49,939 nt of DNA from Nitrospirota bacterium. Its GTDB lineage: Bacteria > Nitrospirota > Thermodesulfovibrionia > UBA6902 > BMS3Bbin08. The notes under the pieces were generated by a model. It had not been told where the DNA came from. It worked only from the letters and a program-made list of their open reading frames with translations, and did not search any database. Numbering within the stretch: position 1 is the stretch's first letter; every line of letters starts with the position of its first letter. Below are positions 8,204 to 17,148 of the stretch, one piece after another. The stretch covers positions 1 through 49,939 of the forward strand of contig DAOVVO010000001.1 in the NCBI GenBank assembly GCA_030637135.1, given 5' to 3'. The position numbers were made by a program, and so were the translations under genes.

Positions 8204-9196
8204 ATAAGGAGAACATTTACGGTTAAGCTCGAGTTAGATTTAAATGAGGGAAAAGACCTTTCGCAGGTATATGAAAGGTTTGATAAAAGTCTTAGAATTA
8301 TTGAAGAAGCCTTTGGCATAGAGGCCTCAATCAGGGGCAATAAGGTACTCCTTCAGGGGAAGGAAAAGTCTGTAAAGCGGGCACAAAAGCTTATTAAAGA
8401 ATTACAAACAATAAATTCAAATGGTTATATCCTTAATCCAGAGGATATTAAATATATAATAAAGTCTATTGACGATGCTGCTTTTGAGGACCCCTCACTA
8501 TCACTCAAGGAGTTTTTCTTCACTCATGTTCCTGTATCATCAAAAAAGAAATTTATAGTTCCAAGGTCTGAGACCCAAAAGAAGTATATCGAAACAATAA
8601 AGAAGTATGATATGGTTATCGGCATAGGTCCTGCTGGTACCGGAAAGACTTATCTTGCTATGGCAATGGCTATTAACGCCCTTTTAAAGAAACAGGTGAG
8701 CAGGATTATACTTGCAAGACCTGCTGTTGAAGCAGGAGAAAGACTCGGTTTCTTGCCCGGTGACTTATACGAAAAAGTAAATCCTTACTTAAAACCCCTT
8801 TATGATGCACTTTTTGATATGATGGAAACTGAGAAAGCGCACAAACTCATAGAACGCGGGGTTATAGAAATAGCACCACTTGCATTTATGAGAGGCAGAA
8901 CCTTAAATGATTCTTTTGTAATTCTTGATGAAGCCCAGAACACGACTTCAGAACAGATGAAAATGTATCTGACAAGATTAGGGTTTGACTCGAAAACCGT
9001 CATTACAGGGGATATAACCCAGATTGATCTTCCAACAGGGAAAACCTCGGGACTTATAGAAGCAGAAAAAATCTTGAAAAATATTAAAGAGTTGTGTTTT
9101 ATATATTTTACTGAAAAAGACGTGGTAAGACACAGGCTTGTTCAGCAGATAGTTAAGGCTTACGAGAGGTTTGAAGGTGACAGGAAGGAAAAATAA
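8204..9196 (+). CDS. phoH: PhoH-like ATPase; start codon uncertain (no in-frame ATG/GTG/TTG before codon 140)
   Basis: Walker A GPAGTGKTYLA, FVILDEAQN, ITGDITQIDLP. The frame is open from 8195 and encodes a typical PhoH N-domain (…LQGKEKSVKRAQKLIKEL…). Candidate starts are ATA at 8204 or ACG at 8219. Confidence 0.85.
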   Translation: MRRTFTVKLELDLNEGKDLSQVYERFDKSLRIIEEAFGIEASIRGNKVLLQGKEKSVKRAQKLIKELQTINSNGYILNPEDIKYIIKSIDDAAFEDPSLSLKEFFFTHVPVSSKKKFIVPRSETQKKYIETIKKYDMVIGIGPAGTGKTYLAMAMAINALLKKQVSRIILARPAVEAGERLGFLPGDLYEKVNPYLKPLYDALFDMMETEKAHKLIERGVIEIAPLAFMRGRTLNDSFVILDEAQNTTSEQMKMYLTRLGFDSKTVITGDITQIDLPTGKTSGLIEAEKILKNIKELCFIYFTEKDVVRHRLVQQIVKAYERFEGDRKEK

Positions 9197-9221
9197 CACA
9201 TCAAAAACAAAGAAGGTGCAG

Positions 9222-10730
9222 ATGTTTAACCAGGTTACGTTGGTTAAATTATCCCTGCTCCTCGTATTTGCGGCTCTTATAAACATTTCCCTCTTATGGG
9301 GAAAACCCCTTTCAATAGAAACTGTAGCGGGTACGTTCCTTATCATCGCCCTCCTGCTGATAATTTTATATAAAGATTTAATGCGTTATAAACCAGCTTT
9401 TTATAAAAACTATGCGATGATGCTTCTCATAGGAATTTTATTGTCAGGCAATTTTATCATCGGAGGTGTTTTTTCATATATTTTAGAAGGTCTCAATGTA
9501 AGACTTGGCATTGTAGAGACTCAATTCGCAGTCTATGCTATACCGCTTGCTACTGGTGCGATGTTAACCGCACTTTTAATAGATGTTCACACAGCCATTA
9601 TCTTTTCAATTATAACCAGTCTTCTTGCGGGGATCTGGCTCAGTAATCCGTTTTTTTCCGTATTTCATTTTGCAGCGAGCCTTACAGCCGCCTTTGGTGT
9701 GATTAGATGTAAAAAAAGGTCTGCCATATGGAGGGCAGGATTTTTTGTTGGACTTGTGAGTGTGTGCACCTGTTTGATAATAATATTAATTCAGGGACCC
9801 GTATTGTCTGTAGAAACAACCCTTGCGTTGAGTTTCGCTTTTCTCAATGGATTAATCGTTGCTATCCTTGTTTCGGCAATCCTTCCACTTCTTGAGTATA
9901 TATTCAATCTTACGACAGATATCAGCCTTCTTGAACTCCTTGACTTAAATCAGCCTCTTATGCGCAACCTTTTAGTTGAGGCACCCGGAACCTATCATCA
10001 CAGTATAATAGTGGGCAACCTCGTTGAATCAGCTGCGGAAGCAGTGGGTGTCAATCCTCTTCTGGCACGGGTCAGCGCATATTATCATGATATCGGAAAA
10101 ATAAAAATGCCGGAATATTTTATTGAAAATCAGCAAATTCCAACGAGCAGACATGACAAACTCGCACCACGTATGAGCAGCCTCATTTTAATGTCACATG
10201 TAAAAGAGGGCGTAGAACTTGCAAAGCACAACAAATTACCTGATTCGATCATAGATATCATTCAGCAACACCACGGTACGTCAGTGATAACGTATTTTTA
10301 TCAGAAAGCGAAAGAACAACATGTAGATTCAAGCTCTCCCATCAAAGAGGTTGATTTTAGATACTCCGGTCCAAAACCACAGAGCAGGGTTGCTGCCCTT
10401 GTTCTGATTGCTGATGCAGTAGAAGCTGCATCAAGGGCTCTGACAGATCCCACCCCTTCTCGGATTTCAGCCGTGGTTGAGAGAGTTGTTAACCATTTCT
10501 TTTTGGACGGCCAGCTGGATGATTGTGAACTGACCCTTAAAGACCTCATGGAAATCAAGAGTCATTTTGTATATTTACTTGCCAGTGTGTTCCACAAGCG
10601 TGTCAGTTATCCTGGTTTTGAAATAAAAGATGACTATACTGATACAAAATCGGCAGAGCTCCAGGCGATTAAACAAGACAAAGATAAAAAGGGCAGCCCG
10701 TATAATTCTTTCCCTGTTAAAACACCCTAA
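9222..10730 (+). CDS. 7TM-HD membrane phosphohydrolase (PgpH/YqfF-like)
   Basis: Multiple TM helices followed by an HD domain (HHSIIVGN, YYHDIGK, QQHHGT). The ATG at 9222 is preferred over the TTG at 9171, which overlaps phoH. Confidence 0.85.
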   Translation: MFNQVTLVKLSLLLVFAALINISLLWGKPLSIETVAGTFLIIALLLIILYKDLMRYKPAFYKNYAMMLLIGILLSGNFIIGGVFSYILEGLNVRLGIVETQFAVYAIPLATGAMLTALLIDVHTAIIFSIITSLLAGIWLSNPFFSVFHFAASLTAAFGVIRCKKRSAIWRAGFFVGLVSVCTCLIIILIQGPVLSVETTLALSFAFLNGLIVAILVSAILPLLEYIFNLTTDISLLELLDLNQPLMRNLLVEAPGTYHHSIIVGNLVESAAEAVGVNPLLARVSAYYHDIGKIKMPEYFIENQQIPTSRHDKLAPRMSSLILMSHVKEGVELAKHNKLPDSIIDIIQQHHGTSVITYFYQKAKEQHVDSSSPIKEVDFRYSGPKPQSRVAALVLIADAVEAASRALTDPTPSRISAVVERVVNHFFLDGQLDDCELTLKDLMEIKSHFVYLLASVFHKRVSYPGFEIKDDYTDTKSAELQAIKQDKDKKGSPYNSFPVKTP

Positions 10731-11094
10731 AACTGAGTTAAGTATTTTATTTGTAGATGATGAGGGGATGCAGCAGTTAAATGCTGCCTACAGAGGGAGG
10801 AAAAAAACTACCGACGTTCTTTCCTTTGCAGCTGAAATCCCGTTGGATAAGGACAATCCTTACCTTGGCAATAAATTGCAGCAACCTGTACTGGGAGATA
10901 TTGTAATAAATGTAAATGTTGCTGCAGCTCGAGCGAGAATATCCGATTCGGATTTTTACTATGAAATGTATCTCCTTCTCATTCATGGTATCCTGCATTT
11001 GCTCGGCTATGACCATGAGAGATCACGACGCAAGGCTCTGCTGATGAGGAAAAAAGAAAGGGAGATTTTACGTGCCGTTAAGAAAATTAGTTGA
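10630..11094 (+). CDS. ybeY: rRNA maturation endoribonuclease YbeY
   Basis: TDVLSF and HGILHLLGYDH zinc motif. The N-terminus ILIQNRQ is typical of the family. Confidence 0.9.
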   Translation: MTILIQNRQSSRRLNKTKIKRAARIILSLLKHPKTELSILFVDDEGMQQLNAAYRGRKKTTDVLSFAAEIPLDKDNPYLGNKLQQPVLGDIVINVNVAAARARISDSDFYYEMYLLLIHGILHLLGYDHERSRRKALLMRKKEREILRAVKKIS

Positions 11095-11770
11095 AAGTGC
11101 TAATCATGCAATTGAGGGGATGCTTCACTCTGCTAAAACACAGAGGCATCTCCGTTATCATTTTTATACAGCCGTAGTAATACTGATCTTGAGTCTCGTG
11201 CTTGGGGTAAGCAAGACAGAATTTATAGCTATAGCAATTGTATCAATTATCGTGCTCTCAGTGGAGATGCTTAACACTGCAGTTGAGGCAACGGTAGATA
11301 GTATTTTCAAAGAATACGATGAGAGGGCAAAAATAATCAAGGATATCGCAGCAGGTGCGGTGCTCTTGACAGCTATAGGGGCAGCATTAATAGGGTACAT
11401 CATCTTCGTGCCGTACTTGAAAAGTATGTTCGAGAGCGGGTTAAAGATAGCCAAACATGCGGGGGAGGATATCGCTATTGTTGCATTTGTGGTGGTACTT
11501 ATATTGGTGTTAATAACCAAGGCAGTTTTGGGAAAGGGGGTTCCCCTGAGAGGCGGGATGCCAAGCGGCCATGCGGCAGTTGCATTTTCTGTATGGGTGG
11601 CTGTTACGTTTCTTAGTGAGGCATTTATGCCTTCTTTCCTGATTTTAATCCTTGCTGTTTTAATTGCCCAAAGCAGGGTGAGCGTCGGTGTTCATAGGCC
11701 ATGGGAAGTTATACTTGGGGCATTGCTTGGCTCGGTGGTTACGTTTTTTCTCTTTCAATTGTTTTTATAG
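11072..11770 (+). CDS. Fusion of a DgkA-type diacylglycerol/undecaprenol kinase with a PAP2 phosphatase
   Basis: N-terminal half: NHAIEGM, SVEMLNTAVEATVD, KDIAAGAVL (DgkA). C-terminal half: PSGHAA and SRVSVGVHRPWEV (PAP2 motifs). GTG start with an AAGGGAG Shine-Dalgarno site. Confidence 0.8.
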   Translation: MPLRKLVESANHAIEGMLHSAKTQRHLRYHFYTAVVILILSLVLGVSKTEFIAIAIVSIIVLSVEMLNTAVEATVDSIFKEYDERAKIIKDIAAGAVLLTAIGAALIGYIIFVPYLKSMFESGLKIAKHAGEDIAIVAFVVVLILVLITKAVLGKGVPLRGGMPSGHAAVAFSVWVAVTFLSEAFMPSFLILILAVLIAQSRVSVGVHRPWEVILGALLGSVVTFFLFQLFL

Positions 11771-11981
11771 AAATATGTTATAATTTTCATCTACTATTCC
11801 CTTAAGAAGGGTAAAAGAAAAAAGTAAGAAAATTTTGAGTAAAATTTTCTATACCCGAATCTCTTAAGCAGCGTGATATTAACATGAGAGAGCGGGCGTT
11901 TTCCCCCTGCTTTCTTTACAGAAAATTTCTGTCTGTGATATTATTAATTACTTTTTTTCAGGGAGACAAAACTATTTAATT

Positions 11982-12935
11982 ATGAGAAGTGCTATTGGTG
12001 TTGATATCGGTGGGACAAAGATAAAGATTGTCCACGTCTCAGAAAAAGGGGATGTCCTGAAAAGGATGATGAAGTCTACACCTAATGCACGTGGAGATTC
12101 ACATGAAAAAGTAAAAAACTTTTTAATTGATAATTTAAAAGAGATGCTTCAAGACAAAGACCTTGTTGGTATTGGTTTTGGAATTGCCGGGGTTATTGAT
12201 AGAAAAAACGGAATAGTGATAGAATCCCCGAACATTCCGTCAATCAATGGGTTCCGGGTTAAAGAGACAATCGAAAAAGAATTTTCTCTGCCGGTTATTG
12301 TTGAAAATGACGCAAATTCATATGCGTATGCAGAAAAATGGATTGGTGCTGGCAAGAATTTCGATAATATTGTTGTTCTTACCCTGGGTACCGGCATAGG
12401 TGGTGGAATAATCTATAAGGGAGAGCTTTTTGAAGGCGCTGCTGAGGTAGGACATGTTGTTATTGAGCCAGACGGCCGTTATTGTACATGCCGAAGTTTT
12501 GGGTGTCTTGAATCATACGCTTCAGGCAGAGCTATAGTGGAAAGGACGATATCTTCTTTAGAGAAAGGGGTGGAGAGTATGCTGAGAGAGAGTTGCGGAG
12601 GGAATTTTTATAAATTAACGCCGGAACTTGTATATAAAGCTGCTCTTGAAGGAGATAACCTCAGCAGAGAAGTTTTTAGAGAAGTGGGGCGGTATCTCGG
12701 AATCGGCATAGCTAACCTGATAAATATATTCGGCTCTGACGCAGTGATTATCGGCGGAGGCCTTATTGGTGCCTGGGACCTCTTTATAGAGGAGCTCAAA
12801 AGGGAATTTACAAAGAGAACACTGAAGCCTCTTTCAGCTCGTGTGAAGATAATTAAAGCTACGTTTAAAAAAGACAGCGGGTCAATAGGAGCTGCAGGTC
12901 TTATCTTTAAAACTTCAACCCACATTGCCTCCTAA
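11982..12935 (+). CDS. ROK family glucokinase
   Basis: [31 protein letters not shown] zinc motif. Confidence 0.88.
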   Translation: MRSAIGVDIGGTKIKIVHVSEKGDVLKRMMKSTPNARGDSHEKVKNFLIDNLKEMLQDKDLVGIGFGIAGVIDRKNGIVIESPNIPSINGFRVKETIEKEFSLPVIVENDANSYAYAEKWIGAGKNFDNIVVLTLGTGIGGGIIYKGELFEGAAEVGHVVIEPDGRYCTCRSFGCLESYASGRAIVERTISSLEKGVESMLRESCGGNFYKLTPELVYKAALEGDNLSREVFREVGRYLGIGIANLINIFGSDAVIIGGGLIGAWDLFIEELKREFTKRTLKPLSARVKIIKATFKKDSGSIGAAGLIFKTSTHIAS

Positions 12936-12967
12936 AGAAGGTGAGCAGCAGTCTGCCTTCTCAATTC

Positions 12968-14758
12968 ATGTCTGAAAATAACATAAGAAATTTTTCTATT
13001 ATAGCCCATATAGACCACGGGAAATCCACGTTGGCAGACCGGATACTCGAATTGACCGGAGCCCTTTCTCAAAGAGAAAAAGCCGAGCAGATTTTGGATT
13101 CCATGGACTTAGAGAGAGAGCGGGGAATAACTATCAAAGCTCATACGGTTAGGCTTAATTACCGGGCATTAGACGGAAAAGACTATCTTCTTAATCTCAT
13201 TGATACACCCGGTCATGTTGATTTCTCCTATGAGGTTTCCCGGAGTCTTGCTGCCTGTGAAGGAGCACTGCTTGTCGTTGATGCTGCTCAGGGAGTTGAG
13301 GCACAGACACTTACCAATGCATATCTGGCTGCCGAACATAATCTTCAGATAATTCCGGTAATAAATAAGATTGATCTTCCAGGAGCAGAACCTGAAAAGG
13401 TAAAAAAGCAGATTGAGGAATCTTTGGGAATAGGTGCCGCAGAGGCTGTACTTACTTCTGCAAAAGAAGGCGTGGGAACCAGAGAAGTGCTTGAAGCTGT
13501 TGTAAAGAAAGTTCCATCACCAGGAGGTATGAAGAAGAATGCATTAAAAGCTTTAATTTTTGATTCGTGGTTTGATAATTATCAGGGGGTTAATGTTCTG
13601 GTAAGACTTTTTGACGGTGAAGTGAAACGAGGGACACAAATTCTTCTTATGGCGACTAAAAAGGTTTTTGAGGTGAGCGAAGTAGGAATTTTTACTCCGG
13701 TTAAAAAACCCATTGACTCCCTCAGTGCAGGAGAGGTTGGTTATATTATTGCCGGTATAAAGAATGTAGTTGATACCAAAATCGGAGATACCATTGCAAA
13801 TTCAGAAAATCCAGTTTCTGAACCGTGTGCTGGCTATAAAGAGGTGAAACCAATGGTTTTTTGCGGTCTCTATCCTACTGAAACGGGTCAGTATGAGCTT
13901 CTTAAGAATGCCATGGAAAAACTAAGACTTAATGATTCGTCCTTTACCTTTGAGCCTGAGACTTCTGTTGCCCTTGGTTTTGGTTTCAGGGGGGGATTCC
14001 TTGGCCTCCTGCACATGGAAATAGTTAAAGAGAGACTTGAGAGAGAATTTGGTCTGGAGCTTGTCAATACTGCACCAACAACCATCTATAAAGTTATTCA
14101 ATCTGACGGGACAGTGTTATTCATAGATAATCCATCAAAATTGCCCCGGCAATACGAACGGATCGAGGAGCCCTTTGTTAAGGTCACAATCTTTTCCCCG
14201 CAGTACTATGTTGGCCACATACTTGAACTATGCCACGAGAAAAGGGGCATTCAGAAAGAATTCAGCTATCTCGGAAAAGACAGGGTTATTATAACCTATG
14301 AGATTCCTCTGAGTGAGATTTTATGGGATTTTTATGATAAACTGAAATCCTTTTCGAGCGGGTATGCTTCTATGGATTATGAGTTTATAGGGTATAGGGA
14401 GTCTTCACTTGTACGTCTGGATTTACTTATAAATAGAGAGATTGTTGATGCACTATCGCTTATTGTTCATAAAGACAGGGCGTACTATAAGGGCAGACAG
14501 CTTGTAGAAAAATTGAGGCAGGTTATTCCCCGACAGCTTTTCGAGGTCATAATACAGTCAGCTATCGGGAATAAAATAATAGCCCGCGAGAGTATAAAAC
14601 CCTTAAGGAAGAACGTTCTTGCAAAGTGCTACGGTGGTGATGTGACGAGGAAGAGAAAACTTCTCGAGAAACAGAAAGAAGGCAAACGCAAAATGAAGCA
14701 GGTTGGAAGGGTTGGAATCCCGCAAGAAGCTTTTATGGCGGTGCTTAAGGTAAAATAA
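12968..14758 (+). CDS. lepA: Elongation factor 4 (LepA)
   Basis: [26 protein letters not shown]-terminal [13 protein letters not shown]. The ATG at 12968 is preferred; an alternative GTG lies at 12941. Confidence 0.96.
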   Translation: MSENNIRNFSIIAHIDHGKSTLADRILELTGALSQREKAEQILDSMDLERERGITIKAHTVRLNYRALDGKDYLLNLIDTPGHVDFSYEVSRSLAACEGALLVVDAAQGVEAQTLTNAYLAAEHNLQIIPVINKIDLPGAEPEKVKKQIEESLGIGAAEAVLTSAKEGVGTREVLEAVVKKVPSPGGMKKNALKALIFDSWFDNYQGVNVLVRLFDGEVKRGTQILLMATKKVFEVSEVGIFTPVKKPIDSLSAGEVGYIIAGIKNVVDTKIGDTIANSENPVSEPCAGYKEVKPMVFCGLYPTETGQYELLKNAMEKLRLNDSSFTFEPETSVALGFGFRGGFLGLLHMEIVKERLEREFGLELVNTAPTTIYKVIQSDGTVLFIDNPSKLPRQYERIEEPFVKVTIFSPQYYVGHILELCHEKRGIQKEFSYLGKDRVIITYEIPLSEILWDFYDKLKSFSSGYASMDYEFIGYRESSLVRLDLLINREIVDALSLIVHKDRAYYKGRQLVEKLRQVIPRQLFEVIIQSAIGNKIIARESIKPLRKNVLAKCYGGDVTRKRKLLEKQKEGKRKMKQVGRVGIPQEAFMAVLKVK

Positions 14759-14915
14759 GAACAATTATGTCAAGATACTTTATATTCAAGGCACCAATAA
14801 CCAAGGAGTAAGAATGAGACAGATTTTTGTTATGTTTGAATAGTTGAAAAGAGGGATTTATTTAGTAATTTAAAAGTTTTGGTTTTAAATCCCCGGAAAG
14901 GAGAGAGATAAGAAA

Positions 14916-15632
14916 TTGGCTAACAAGAAATCAAAATTCAGAGAATATGCAGAAGCTATTGTAATTGCGGTACTTCTGGCCCTTGTGATACGTACATTTG
15001 TGATACAGGCATTTAAGATACCCTCGGGCTCCATGATACCAACCCTGAATGTAGGTGACCATATACTGGTAAATAAGTTTTTATACGGGTTAAAACTACC
15101 TTTTATGAACAGCCGTTTTTTGATTCTTAGACAGCCTCGACGTGGTGACATAATCGTGTTTTCATTCCCGGGGAACAAAGAAAAAGAAGAGTGCCGCAAT
15201 CTTACCAGCAATATTACAAAGAGAATTAATAATATCTGGAGTAATAAAAACCTGATATATTTATTTAAAGACGATTGTAGAGATTTCATAAAAAGGGTTG
15301 TCGGTGTGGGAGGAGACAGGATTGAGATAAAAAATAAAACTGTATATATAAATGGTATTGCCATCGTTGAACAGTATGCAGTACATAAAGATAAAAGAAT
15401 CGAGATAGAGCAGATGGGAGGTAGAGATAATTTTGGTCAGGTTGTTGTTCCACGCGGCACATTTTTTGTTATGGGCGATAACAGAGATGGAAGCTATGAC
15501 AGCAGGTTCTGGGGCTATGTAGATATGAGTGAGATAAAAGGCAAGGCATTTATAATCTACTGGTCATGGGATAATAAAGGGGACTGGTTAAGAAAAATAC
15601 GATGGAACAGGCTCGGTAAGCTTTTACATTGA
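14916..15632 (+). CDS. lepB: Signal peptidase I
   Basis: IPSGSMIPTL (catalytic Ser box), KRVVGVGGDRI, GDNRDGSYDSRFWG. TTG start preceded by AAAGGAGAG. Confidence 0.92.
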   Translation: MANKKSKFREYAEAIVIAVLLALVIRTFVIQAFKIPSGSMIPTLNVGDHILVNKFLYGLKLPFMNSRFLILRQPRRGDIIVFSFPGNKEKEECRNLTSNITKRINNIWSNKNLIYLFKDDCRDFIKRVVGVGGDRIEIKNKTVYINGIAIVEQYAVHKDKRIEIEQMGGRDNFGQVVVPRGTFFVMGDNRDGSYDSRFWGYVDMSEIKGKAFIIYWSWDNKGDWLRKIRWNRLGKLLH

Positions 15633-15689
15633 TGTAATGTCAAAAACAGTGAAATACAGTTCATTAAAGCTCCCTGCAGCAGGTCTATT

Positions 15690-15846
15690 CGTCGATGCAT
15701 CGCTGCCTCGATACGTCGTTGCGACTCGTACCGAGACTCTTACCGAGCGACGGGGAACCTGCCTGCCGGCAGGCAAGCCTGACTGCCATGCCTAACGGTC
15801 TACGACTCATAGAGCAGGCGGCATCAGGCACGTTACGCTCGCTCTT
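15690..15846 (+). repeat. Composite intergenic repeat: tandem 12-mers plus the GGTCTACGACTCATAGAGCAG core
   Basis: Core at 15797-15818, bracketed by GCCTGA/TCAGGC. Shares about 100 bp with the inverted copy at 19759-19860. Confidence 0.85.
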
Positions 15847-15895
15847 TAATGTTAACTAATAGAGTATAATAAACAGTAAAGAATGGGGGGGTAAC

Positions 15896-16222
15896 ATGGT
15901 AAAATATATTGTCATCATATGTATTGCCGCTGTTGTGATTTATTCGTTATTTCTGTTTATCGTCCCTCATTATCGTTACTACGCCTTTACAAGTGACTTG
16001 ACAGAAATGCTGAGAGTGAGCGTTGCAGATAGGTCTGAAGATGTAATGGAAAAAATTCTTAACCTTGTTGAAAATTACAAAATTCCTGTTGAAAAAAATG
16101 ATATACATCTATTCCACAAAAAGCATTACATGGTAAAAGTTTCGTGGCAAGAAACAGTGAATTTTTTTACTATCTATCAAAAAACTTTTAATTTCCATAT
16201 TGATACAAGCACGCAGTCATAA
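15896..16222 (+). CDS. Hypothetical membrane-anchored protein
   Basis: 108-aa ORF with one N-terminal TM helix and GGGGG just upstream of the ATG. No family recognised. Confidence 0.5.
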   Translation: MVKYIVIICIAAVVIYSLFLFIVPHYRYYAFTSDLTEMLRVSVADRSEDVMEKILNLVENYKIPVEKNDIHLFHKKHYMVKVSWQETVNFFTIYQKTFNFHIDTSTQS

Positions 16223-16309
16223 AATTGTTAATGAAGTTGTATTCAAAAAACGAACCATAAATGACACAGTAAAACGCAAAGGAGTTTGAATTTCTCATCT
16301 CAAAGGACA

Positions 16310-16945
16310 ATGTTTACCGGGCTTATTGAGGGTGTGGGTACTGTTTCTTCTCTTATGGGAGTCAAAGGGGGGCTTAAGATATCTGTCAGACCCCACATTG
16401 ATATGGAACTGAGAGTAGGTGATAGTCTGGCTGTAAATGGCGTATGCCTCACAGTCGTAACTATAGGGAGAGAAATTGTCTTTGAGGTATCACCTGAGAC
16501 GATACGGAGTACAAACCTTGGAGAACTTAAAACCAATGACCGATTAAATCTTGAAAGGCCTTTGAAACTGACTGATCGGCTCGGTGGACACATAGTAACC
16601 GGGCATGTGGATGGTATCGGTATCATTACCGATAAAAAAAAAGAAGGAGAGTATACGCTTCATACCTTTGAAGTATCCAGGGAGATTTTAAATTATGTTG
16701 TTAAAAAAGGTTCAATAGCCGTTGATGGCATAAGTCTGACGGTGACAGGACTTAACAATAGTTCATTCAGTGTAGCAATCATTCCCCACACACTTCACGC
16801 AACAAATATTGGAGATAAAGGAATAGGTAGCAGGGTTAACATTGAAGTTGACATTATTGGCAAATACGTTGAAAAGTTCATGACCATGCAAAATTCCGAT
16901 AGGGGACTTAAAGAGTTACTGAAAGAAAAAGGATTTACCGAATAA
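16310..16945 (+). CDS. ribE: Riboflavin synthase alpha chain
   Basis: MFTGLIEGVG and a duplicated GDSLAVNGVCLTV / GSIAVDGISLTV lumazine-binding repeat. Confidence 0.93.
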   Translation: MFTGLIEGVGTVSSLMGVKGGLKISVRPHIDMELRVGDSLAVNGVCLTVVTIGREIVFEVSPETIRSTNLGELKTNDRLNLERPLKLTDRLGGHIVTGHVDGIGIITDKKKEGEYTLHTFEVSREILNYVVKKGSIAVDGISLTVTGLNNSSFSVAIIPHTLHATNIGDKGIGSRVNIEVDIIGKYVEKFMTMQNSDRGLKELLKEKGFTE

Positions 16946-17148
16946 CAATCAACCCATTCGACTGTCCCCGACTTAAAAGTCGGGGTTTGCTCAGGGTTGG
17001 ACATTCGGCTGAGCTCAGTCGAAGCCATACTGAGCGGCACCTGTATTATCCCTACCCTAAAGGGTAGGATTTGTGTGCTGCCGAACGTATCAAAATCAGA
17101 GTGCACAATTAAGGTTTTTTAATTCCACTTCTATTTTTTAGTGAAAAA

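Noticed and set aside
14885-15364. Long antisense or alternate-frame ORFs inside confident genes (e.g. 14885-15364 opposite lepB, 28088-28723 opposite atpD, 25321-25806 opposite atpA, 17283-17762 opposite ribBA, 36803-37408 opposite dnaN, and the plus-strand ORFs inside gyrA/gyrB).
   Set aside because: Each lies entirely within a strongly conserved gene on the other strand or frame. They have low-complexity or Ser/Pro/Cys-rich translations and no recognisable motif, so they are typical shadow ORFs.
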